A DNA stretch of 64,000 nt. Origin: an uncultured archaeon. Its GTDB lineage: Archaea; Thermoproteota; Nitrososphaeria; Nitrososphaerales; Gagatemarchaeaceae. This document shows, one piece after another, positions 9,085 to 16,999 of the stretch. Every line of letters begins with the position of its first letter. Within the stretch, counting starts at the first letter, position 1. The position numbers and the translations under genes were made by a program. The stretch lies in NCBI GenBank assembly GCA_963817525.1, contig CAWFOU010000008.1, forward strand, positions 64,001 to 128,000, given 5' to 3'. The notes below the pieces were generated by a model. The model saw nothing but the letters and a program-made list of their open reading frames with translations. It made no database searches and was not told where the DNA came from.

Positions 9085-10272
9085 TTGGCTGCCACTGGAA
9101 GGGCCGCTGTCTTCGTCTCTGCGCTCATCCTCCTGGCCGCGGTAGGGACCGGATTCTACTTTACCCAGACCCTCAACTCCTCTCAGACTGGGACCACCCC
9201 GAGCACAGAGTTTACGCAGACGGGAGTCGTCTCCTCGACCGAGGTCACCAACGCGTCGTTGGGCCTCCGGCTATCTCTCTCGGTAAACGCCACCGTCATC
9301 CCCAGCGAGGACGTGATTGAGATCAACGCCTCCGTGGTCAACACGAGGACGACGGCGAGCAACTTCACGGCGTCCGATGACTGGGCGGCCCCGGGGTTGA
9401 CGGAGGGAGCGTGCAACTATGGCAACGCCACCAACAAGCTGTTCGATCCAATCGGATTGGACGTCTTCAGGGGGGACTACGGGATGGACAACCTTTCGAG
9501 CGCAGGGCAGCCCATAGATTGGTGGCCATTGGTGGAGTGCCCCGCCGACGGGGTCTCGGTAGGGACGCAGTATCTCCCGCTGGAGAACATCACGAGCTAT
9601 TCTCTCCTCCCCGGGAACGACAGCGGAACTTATGCGGGCTACTACGTCGCCTCTACCACCTCCCCGCCCCCCGTGTGTGGGGGCGGGGTCTGCACGTACA
9701 GCCCCAACGTCACGAGGACGTACGCAAAGGGGGTCTTCCCCACGAGGATGGCCTTTGAGCAGACGATAAACGCGGCCAACGGGACGGAGGGCTTCTACAG
9801 CTCGCTGGGCTCGTCCCTCCCTGCGAACTACACCCTGGTTGCGGGCGACGAGTGGGGCCAGCTGACCTTCATCCACTTCCAGGTAGTGGCATCCAACAGC
9901 ATCCCCAAGGTGGGGAGCTTCCTCGCATGGGGAGGGTGCGCGGATTCGTACCGTTTGAATGGGACGGCGTATGCAGAGCCGTGCACGGCCTCGGAGCTAA
10001 GTGGCGCCCACGTCTTCGACTGCGCCAGCGCGGCCGCTTCGCAGGCCGGATGCTCGGTCACGCTCGTCGGTTCGGGCACCTTCCCCGGGTCAGGCCAGGT
10101 CAACTCACCGATCCTGAACAACACGTTAACGGTCTGGTTCCCTTACACCGGTGGGGCTGCCCAGCCCGCTGGGACGAACTGCTACTTCCAAGTGGCGCAC
10201 CACTACACGGGCTCTCCCTACGGGCACTGCTACGCGCTCAACTCGACGGCCTTTGTGATTGGGATGTATTGA
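9085..10272 (+). CDS. Secreted or membrane-anchored Cys-rich glycoprotein, unknown function
   Basis: N-terminal TM, many N-x-S/T sequons, paired cysteines, YTLVAGDEWGQ motif. Confidence 0.75.
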   Translation: MAATGRAAVFVSALILLAAVGTGFYFTQTLNSSQTGTTPSTEFTQTGVVSSTEVTNASLGLRLSLSVNATVIPSEDVIEINASVVNTRTTASNFTASDDWAAPGLTEGACNYGNATNKLFDPIGLDVFRGDYGMDNLSSAGQPIDWWPLVECPADGVSVGTQYLPLENITSYSLLPGNDSGTYAGYYVASTTSPPPVCGGGVCTYSPNVTRTYAKGVFPTRMAFEQTINAANGTEGFYSSLGSSLPANYTLVAGDEWGQLTFIHFQVVASNSIPKVGSFLAWGGCADSYRLNGTAYAEPCTASELSGAHVFDCASAAASQAGCSVTLVGSGTFPGSGQVNSPILNNTLTVWFPYTGGAAQPAGTNCYFQVAHHYTGSPYGHCYALNSTAFVIGMY

Positions 10273-10337
10273 ATTTAAATCAAGAGCTCGGGTTTATCCC
10301 ACCGCCCGCGGCTTCTGACCGCAGGATACGGGTTTCT

Positions 10338-10718
10338 TTGGAAGTTCGAGAGACGAATAGGTCATTGCTTTTTTCGGGTTCATTACTAATCGCTTTCAAC
10401 GTGGTGGTGAACATTCTGGACTTGACAACGACGTTCATTGGTTTCAGAAGAGGCTTGCTCGAACAGAATTTCGAGGCTTCGTTCCTGATGAAAGTTGTTG
10501 GCAACGAGTATCTCGGGGCCATAATCCTAAAGGTGTTATTCTTCTCTTTCTTTGGTCTTGCCTATTATTCCATGAGAGGATTTGAGAAGAAGGATGAACG
10601 GAGACGCGGAGTTGTTTTTGGACTGTTGTTTCTTGACTTCGCGTTGATTTTTACCGCGTTGTGGGTAACTGAGATAGTCGTGGGCAACCTCATCGCTCTA
10701 GGGGTCATTGGCGCTTAG
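10338..10718 (+). CDS. Small membrane protein (DUF5658-like)
   Basis: NILDLTTT...GLLEQN motif followed by TM helices; TTG start. Confidence 0.65.
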   Translation: MEVRETNRSLLFSGSLLIAFNVVVNILDLTTTFIGFRRGLLEQNFEASFLMKVVGNEYLGAIILKVLFFSFFGLAYYSMRGFEKKDERRRGVVFGLLFLDFALIFTALWVTEIVVGNLIALGVIGA

Positions 10719-10729
10719 ATTGAGTTTGC

Positions 10730-11035
10730 TTAAACCGGATGGGGCCGTTCATCCTGTTCCCCCCTTTCTTTGGTGGGAGGGTGGACTTGGAGGCTTGCTT
10801 GAAGCTTCTTCACCGCGGCAATCATGTCCCTGAATGAAAGAGACTCTCCACGGCATAGGAGAACCCACTTGTCTTGGAGGAAAATTCGAAAGTAGTCGGC
10901 CTGAATTAGCGAACGTTGAATGTCCAACTGGTAGGAGTATGTCAGGACCGAGTCAATCAGTATGTTGCCTCTTGGCCTGGCGAAGAACCAATCATCCAAT
11001 TCTTCGTCGTAATGCTCGAATTGATTCCTGAGCAT
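10730..11035 (-). CDS. Hypothetical protein
   Basis: Protein-like ORF filling the gap between two genes; no recognised motif. Confidence 0.35.
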   Translation of the reverse strand: MLRNQFEHYDEELDDWFFARPRGNILIDSVLTYSYQLDIQRSLIQADYFRIFLQDKWVLLCRGESLSFRDMIAAVKKLQASLQVHPPTKERGEQDERPHPV

Positions 11036-11050
11036 GCGATTCCACAGTGA

Positions 11051-11861
11051 GTGAGCGACGACATGCGACCTGAGGAACAAGAGAAGTGGAAGCGAAAAAG
11101 GTTGGGTCGAGCTGCCGACGTGCGGCAGAAGTCTCGCAGCGGACTTTCGCACGTCGCTGTAGCGTTTTTCGCAGTTCTACTTGTCGGGGCAGTTGCGGCT
11201 GGACTGTACCCTACTGGAGTCGCATCCCCCTCCGCAGCCGCTTCGTCCACAAGTTCCTCTACCGGCTTCATCCATACGACTTCGTCCGTAAGCAATGGCT
11301 CAACCACAACCATCGTCGGAGGCAGCGGGGATTCGGGAGAAATAGGTCCCCCTCCTATCATCACGATATTGTTTGGAGCACCCACGATCGACCACCCAAC
11401 GACCACAGCAGTCCCCGCTGACACCATGCTCTGGACCAGCTGGACGCTGAACAGCACCATGACCATAGACGGAGTCCAGTCCGACATCGAGGCTCTACCG
11501 AGCAGTTGGGGCTCTAACCTGATGATAGCCGTCTACGTCGACGGCAAGCTCGCTGGCAACAGCACATACGTAATCGCTCCCAATTACGGCGGTCTCGACA
11601 CGGCGATAATAGACGCACCTGAAAATAATGCGATCCAAGGCGGAATCATGGGAAACGCTGCCCAGCCTGCGGGCGCGGGTAATCTCGATGGCAATCCTCT
11701 CCAATGCATCGGTCGACCCACACTTGAACAGCGGTTCGGTCCCCACTTACGAGGTCACGCTACCTCCTGGCTCTGGGTTCCCTGCTCAGCTGCCTACTCC
11801 GACCACGACGCTTTCCGATTCGGCTGTGGAGATATGGGCGTTCGATGAAACACAGCAGTGA
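11051..11861 (+). pseudogene. Membrane-anchored surface protein with apparent frameshift near 11677
   Basis: TM plus Ser/Thr linker. After QPAGA the natural-looking continuation (VISMAILSNASVDPHLNSGSVPTYEVTLP) is in the frame of ORF 11628-11861. Confidence 0.55.
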
Positions 11862-11943
11862 ACTACAATGGTGACGCTCGACCGGGAAGCTTGCCCGACA
11901 CGCGTAGCCGACCGTCGTTGGTCCGACCGGAACTTGGCTGGGT

Positions 11944-12013
11944 TCGCTTAATATTCTAAGCGACTCCCACCGGGCCCGCCATCATTACTTGCCTAGTGTC
12001 GGATTCGAACTTC
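11944..12013 (+). repeat. tRNA-Arg 3' end copy 2 with upstream hairpin and left-end motif
   Basis: TCGCTTA-6nt-TAAGCGA hairpin, core at 11965-11981, CCTAGTGTCGGATTCGAACTTC at 11992-12013. Confidence 0.9.
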
Positions 12014-12301
12014 GCTGCTGATGCCATCGACCGACGCAGGGGTGTCTCGCGTATTCCTATACATTGGTTGTGCGGATTAGTCTGCCAGGATTCGGGCTTG
12101 GCCTAAATGACTCGCCGAGCCGCGTCGTGCCTGCCGATCCCGCGCGACACCCCACTACTTCCCCCTTGTCGCAATCTAGAAGGGGACGGCCACGTCCCCA
12201 GGGCGGTCGCCCTTCCCGTATCCGGTTTGCTCCGGGATAGCTGCTTTGTCAAGGAACACAGACCTCAGGCCTCAAACCCCTTGGGCCAGCACTACAACCT
12301 G

Positions 12302-12541
12302 ATGGACGATCAGGAACTCAAGGAACTGGAGGCGCGGCGCAGAGTCCGGTATCTCTGGGACGAGGTCGTCCACCTGAGGCGCGTCGCCGAGAACCGCCGC
12401 CGGATCCTCGACCTGACGCGGACCCTGTCGGACTACGACCCCGCGGTCGAAAAGGCGGAGCTCGAGCAGGCGGAGCGCCAACAGGCCTGCGCCTGGATCC
12501 AATATCTTGACCTCAACAGGAAGGTCTACATCTCAACCTGA
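12302..12541 (+). CDS. Small helical hypothetical protein
   Basis: 79-aa ORF from ATG with GC3-rich codons; charged and helical. Confidence 0.55.
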   Translation: MDDQELKELEARRRVRYLWDEVVHLRRVAENRRRILDLTRTLSDYDPAVEKAELEQAERQQACAWIQYLDLNRKVYIST

Positions 12542-12590
12542 CATGAAGGCCAATATCCGTAAATTGAGCCCACTCCCCAAATCCTAAAGG

Positions 12591-13169
12591 ATGAACGTGC
12601 GAGAACGCGAGAGCGTCTTCATCGGTGTGGGCGCCGGCCTGATGTTGATTGTCCTCCTCGTCCTGCAATCCTCCATCGGCAGCGGTCTTCTCAGCACGAG
12701 GACAGTGACTACGACCGCAACGGTGACGACGGAATTACCGGCTGGAGACTACAACCTAGTCGCCAGTGCCTATACAAATCATCTCTCAGTACTCGGCTCC
12801 AAGAACGTATCCGCGCTCCTAGGTGGGTATGAGAACAACTCGACGGTCGAGTGGACGGGAGAGGCGGCGGGACAGCAGGGAAACTATACTGGGGAAGGCA
12901 TTGGTAGACTGCTTACTACCTTCCTACGGTATATGACTAATTTTACCTTGTCAAACGAGACCCAGCCATTAGTGGGCGTTCAGGGAAGATATTGGGTCGT
13001 CAACTCGACTTTTCACTGGGCTGGATATAGCACCGTCGACGGCATCCTAACCGGAACGGTAGCTGCTGAGGATTCGTACGTCCATGTGGGCAATACATGG
13101 TTGATTGCAAGAGAGACGTGGACGTGGCTTTTATTCACCTGTCAATATCCAGATTGTTTTGGCATATGA
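12591..13169 (+). CDS. Membrane-anchored NTF2/SnoaL-like fold protein
   Basis: N-terminal TM and Thr linker; NVSALLGGY...YTG...WLIARETW pattern. Confidence 0.65.
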   Translation: MNVRERESVFIGVGAGLMLIVLLVLQSSIGSGLLSTRTVTTTATVTTELPAGDYNLVASAYTNHLSVLGSKNVSALLGGYENNSTVEWTGEAAGQQGNYTGEGIGRLLTTFLRYMTNFTLSNETQPLVGVQGRYWVVNSTFHWAGYSTVDGILTGTVAAEDSYVHVGNTWLIARETWTWLLFTCQYPDCFGI

Positions 13170-13300
13170 CCGGGAGGCTTATCATGGAAGTTCGGCTATT
13201 TCCTGTCGCAGAAGACGTGGGATCCCACGTGGTTTTTGGCATTCCCCCGCCAGCAGTTCTGAAATGGTTTCGCGAGCCCGGTACTCGATTGGCAGATTGA

Positions 13301-13420
13301 CGAATCTAGCGGGGCTCGAACCCTCGGCCTATGGCATGCGAGCCCGAAAAACGACGGAGGCCGGGCACCAATCCCACCGGGCCCGCCACCAATCCATACC
13401 TAGTGCCGGGTTCGAACTTC
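13301..13420 (+). repeat. Right-end motif, tRNA-Arg 3' end copy 3 and left-end motif
   Basis: Core at 13372-13388 (19-nt match counting the preceding AA). CCTAGTGCCGGGTTCGAACTTC at 13399-13420 is 20/22 identical to 11992-12013. Confidence 0.9.
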
Positions 13421-13481
13421 TTGAGCAGGCTACAGGAAATTTGACATGATTCATATTCATGCACTATCGGACGTTTGAGAG

Positions 13482-14189
13482 TTGGAACCTGAGAGGCCCG
13501 CCGAAGAAACCCCTTACGGGGACCGGCTGATCGACGTCATCAAATCCGCGGAGTGCGATCGGATAGGAGTCATCCTCAGACACTCCGTGAGGGAACAAGG
13601 TCGGAGAGGCGAGGTCGCAAATCCGAATATGGTCGCTGGGTTGATCCCTCACGGGCACAGCGAGTCGAAGAGGTTTGGCGAGTCGCTCCCTGCAGGCTTC
13701 AACCTCGTCGTTGGCTACAGTCCCGTCCCTCGCTGCGTAGAGACGGCCACCGGCATAATGCACGGCTACTCGCACGTGGACTCTGGCAGCATATCAGACG
13801 TCGGAATTGACGATTCCTTGGCCGTGACCCACTTTTTCGCCAAGGACACAAGTGCGATGGAGTCGTATAGGGGAAAGGTGGGAGGACTGCCCTTCCTCAG
13901 AGAATGGCTGGACGGGAGCCTCCCTGTGGGGATGATGAGGCTCCCTTCGGAGGTGAAGCAGTTCGCTGTGAGCAGCGTCATCAGGGACTTGAAGGCAGGT
14001 CGGGCCCCGCTGCTGCGGTTATGGGTAGGGCACGACTACGGGCTGATAGTCCTGATCGAGACGATCTTTGGCGGACGATTCAAGGAAACCAGGTGGATAC
14101 CGTACCTGGACGGCATAGTGTTTTGCCTGAGCAGAGGGGGATTGCTCACCGCAGCCTGGGACGGCGAGATTGTAAGGCTAGAAGCTTGA
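13482..14189 (+). CDS. Histidine phosphatase superfamily protein
   Basis: LRHS, SP..RCVETA and VGHD motifs. Confidence 0.85.
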   Translation: MEPERPAEETPYGDRLIDVIKSAECDRIGVILRHSVREQGRRGEVANPNMVAGLIPHGHSESKRFGESLPAGFNLVVGYSPVPRCVETATGIMHGYSHVDSGSISDVGIDDSLAVTHFFAKDTSAMESYRGKVGGLPFLREWLDGSLPVGMMRLPSEVKQFAVSSVIRDLKAGRAPLLRLWVGHDYGLIVLIETIFGGRFKETRWIPYLDGIVFCLSRGGLLTAAWDGEIVRLEA

Positions 14190-14232
14190 ATCCGACTGCT
14201 TCGGAACGCGTCTTCGAGAGCCGTCGTCACCC

Positions 14233-14745
14233 CTAGCCGGACTTGACTATGACTGTCGCTGACATCCACGAGTGATATTCGCAGTAGTAGTCGTAGGTGC
14301 CGGGCGACGAGAAGGTGAAGGTGTAGGTCCCCCCGGGGACCAGGTTTCCGGAACTTACACTCCCGTTCCCGGACACCGAGGTGACTGTGTGGGCCACGGT
14401 GTCGTCGTTGGTCCAGACGACGGTGTTGTTCACCCCGATCACCACCGTGACCTTGTCCGGCGCGTAGCCCGGCGCGGCGCTTGGGCCTGTTGATGCCCCC
14501 TTGGGGATCTCGACGCTCGTCGCTACTGGGCTGGGAGAGGCTGACGACGCCGAACTTGTGGCCGTGCTGGAGCCTGAAGAGGCCAGCGAGGTCGAGGTGG
14601 TGCTCGGCAAGGGGGTGACTACTGTGAACGGCCCGGACGTGAATGCCAAGTACGTGACCCCGGCCATGACCAAGAGGATTACTACAAACGCCAACAGGAA
14701 GCCGCCGTAGTCGCCAAAAGCCGCCCTTCCTCTCCGGCCACGGAG
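14233..14745 (-). CDS. Membrane-anchored cupredoxin (plastocyanin-like); start uncertain
   Basis: Type-1 Cu ligands in HTVT and YYCEYHSWM; N-terminal TM and Ser/Thr linker. Confidence 0.88.
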   Translation of the reverse strand, partial: LRGRRGRAAFGDYGGFLLAFVVILLVMAGVTYLAFTSGPFTVVTPLPSTTSTSLASSGSSTATSSASSASPSPVATSVEIPKGASTGPSAAPGYAPDKVTVVIGVNNTVVWTNDDTVAHTVTSVSGNGSVSSGNLVPGGTYTFTFSSPGTYDYYCEYHSWMSATVIVKSG

Positions 14746-14979
14746 GGTCGTCGGGCTCTTATTTCCACGGTAGCCCCGGCACGAACTCGCCGGAAAGCTT
14801 CTGGGAATCTTGGCCAGTGGTGGGACGCATCTGCCACCATCTTGCTCTTTCGCGGTCGGAGACACGACGCTATGCCACCCTCGTCGAGAGGGGCGGCGAC
14901 GCTGTCGATTTAAGCGTTCAAGGGGCACGGCGGGGCCGCCTGGCGTTTCGCGACCAAGCCGCATCCGGACGAGGCTGCG

Positions 14980-16404
14980 CTATGGATCGGGCTCGACGCC
15001 ATCCTCGCGGAGGGGAGCATCGTTCGTGGTGGCTTTCTGAGCAATTGCTTCCTTTTCGCCGGGTGGTTCTGATGGATCCGCGCCTCGACCCCTCCTAAGG
15101 TTCGTGATCGAGAGCGACCCTGGGATCTTGTTCCAGAGTAGGAACTTGGCCTCCCAGAGCGACCGGATGACGCCGATCCAGAACACTATGCTCGAGGGGG
15201 TGTTGTCGGTCAGCACGGAGCTGACGCTCTGCGCCCCATAGGGGACGGGGGCGGCGACGGCCACGATAGACGCGTGGTGGAAGAGGTCGTAGTAGCTGAT
15301 TCCAAAGGGGAGGAGGACCTCGGAGACGCCCAGGATTATTATCAGGGTGTTCAGACTGTCGAAGCAGAGGAACTCCCAGTAGCTGTCGCTCACAGGCAGG
15401 AGGACGAAGAAGGGCAGCAGAAGCAGGCTTAGTTGCGGCGGGGAGATGTAGGTCGCGAAGACGTATCCGAACGTCGCGACGAAGGCGAAGACGAGGGGGT
15501 CGCTGGTTGTCCTCCGAAGCCTCATCCACAGCATCCCGGCCAAGAAGGCGGAGAAGACGGCTATGGGGACCACGTGGCGGTATGGTGAGTAGGGGTTGAG
15601 GAGGATCGCACCCATCCAGGAGTCCTCGATGTTCCAGTTGTAGAGGTACTGCCAAGACTGAAACCAGAGGTTCGAGTTGAGGAGCAGGAACGGCGCGTTG
15701 ATGAGGGCGTAGGTCCCCCCGCCCGCGGCCGCCAAGACTACCATCTCCTTCTTCGTCCTCTCCGCGAAGAGGAGGCCGACCGCGGGGACGGCGGTGATGA
15801 AGTTCGTCGCGGCGGAGAGACCGAAGAGCACGCCCGCCCAGAACCGGCTCCCGCCTCTGAGATACAGGCGGATGGCGGCCAGCGTGAAGTAGAGGCCTAT
15901 GATGTACCAGTTCAGGAGGGTCATGATGACGAAGGTCGGGGTTACGACGAAGTACCAGAACATCCTGGCCCGGGATGTCCCCCTCATCTCCGCGAGGCCG
16001 ATCAGCTCCCTGAGGGAGAGGAAGGTCGGGACTGCCAGGACGGCCGAGCTGACGAGGTACGTGTTCCTGAGGAGCTCCCCAGGGAGGAGGGCGGCCAGCC
16101 TCCCCATGGTGTAGAAGAACATCGAGGTCAGGACCGGATATTCGCTGAAGGACTGTATGTAGGGGATGGTGAACTTGCACGGCGCGATGAGAGGGCCGTA
16201 CTCCGACGGCGGCAGGATCTGGCATACCCTCTCCTGGAATAGGTAGGTGAGGCTGGTGTAGACGTTCCCGCCCCCGTAGGGGAGGTGGAGCCAGACGCCG
16301 AAGAGGTAGAGGGCCGCCGCGGTGCAGTAGAGGACTCGCTTGTATCGTCGGTCAGACAGAGCGGCTAGGCGGTCGCTGAGACGGATCTTCCCAACACCTG
16401 TCAT
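14980..16404 (-). CDS. Polytopic membrane protein, GT87/GT-C-like glycosyltransferase
   Basis: EYPVLT motif, about 10 TM helices, PPQ motif near the C-terminus. Confidence 0.7.
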   Translation of the reverse strand: MTGVGKIRLSDRLAALSDRRYKRVLYCTAAALYLFGVWLHLPYGGGNVYTSLTYLFQERVCQILPPSEYGPLIAPCKFTIPYIQSFSEYPVLTSMFFYTMGRLAALLPGELLRNTYLVSSAVLAVPTFLSLRELIGLAEMRGTSRARMFWYFVVTPTFVIMTLLNWYIIGLYFTLAAIRLYLRGGSRFWAGVLFGLSAATNFITAVPAVGLLFAERTKKEMVVLAAAGGGTYALINAPFLLLNSNLWFQSWQYLYNWNIEDSWMGAILLNPYSPYRHVVPIAVFSAFLAGMLWMRLRRTTSDPLVFAFVATFGYVFATYISPPQLSLLLLPFFVLLPVSDSYWEFLCFDSLNTLIIILGVSEVLLPFGISYYDLFHHASIVAVAAPVPYGAQSVSSVLTDNTPSSIVFWIGVIRSLWEAKFLLWNKIPGSLSITNLRRGRGADPSEPPGEKEAIAQKATTNDAPLREDGVEPDP

Positions 16405-16621
16405 GCAAGGCGCTTCTCTTCGAGAAGAATTTTCGCGACGCGACTATATCTGTTTGCCTTCCGCTTCGACGGCGGGCGCCGGTGGAGGCGCGAGCCTCGG
16501 GCTCAGCTGTCGTCGCCGGACTGGCTCTTCTTCTCAGCCCAGCGCTTGGCGATTTCGACTTCAGGGGGCATCTCCCTGGACGTCGCGACGCTCCCGAGGT
16601 AGACGTCGCCAGTGTTCCCGT

Positions 16622-16924
16622 CTATGGAGATGCGGTCCCCCTCGTGGTCTTCTTCAGGACGTAGTCAAAGAACCGATCCGTCGTCCCATCGTCTGAAGTC
16701 CATTCGGCGCGCAGCCTGGTCCTCTTTTCCACCCTCCTGAGCGTCGACAGGAGGGTCCGGTTCAAGTCCTTCGCGCTCTCGCCCTCCATTTCCGCCTCGA
16801 CGATGAACTCGCCGTTCACCTCCTTCACGGAGCCCTTCGCAATCGCTCCCTGCAGGGCGGGCTTCACCGCCTTCGGGCTGGCGCTGCTTACCCGAGCCAC
16901 CAGCTTGAAGCGCCTGTTTGCCAT
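16622..16924 (-). CDS. Small hypothetical protein
   Basis: Clean 100-aa ORF with host-like codon usage. Confidence 0.65.
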   Translation of the reverse strand: MANRRFKLVARVSSASPKAVKPALQGAIAKGSVKEVNGEFIVEAEMEGESAKDLNRTLLSTLRRVEKRTRLRAEWTSDDGTTDRFFDYVLKKTTRGTASP

Positions 16925-16999
16925 GGCAGCGGCGAGGGAGCGCTGGCTAGAAAGGCTTCGCCCCAGGGTGAGCCCGGAATCGCCCCGTCGTGGAGGGCT

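Larger units (their letters stand above)
4744..14200. mobile_element. tRNA-Arg-anchored island made of tandem att-delimited segments, no integrase
   Basis: TCCCACCGGGCCCGCCA at 4727, 8566, 11965 and 13372. Cargo includes a TA pair and orphan secreted proteins, and is visibly more AT-rich than the flanks. Right boundary is approximate. Confidence 0.8.

Noticed and set aside
4727-13388. Repeats interpreted as a CRISPR array
   Set aside because: Spacing is kilobases, the repeat is a tRNA 3' end, and there are no cas genes.
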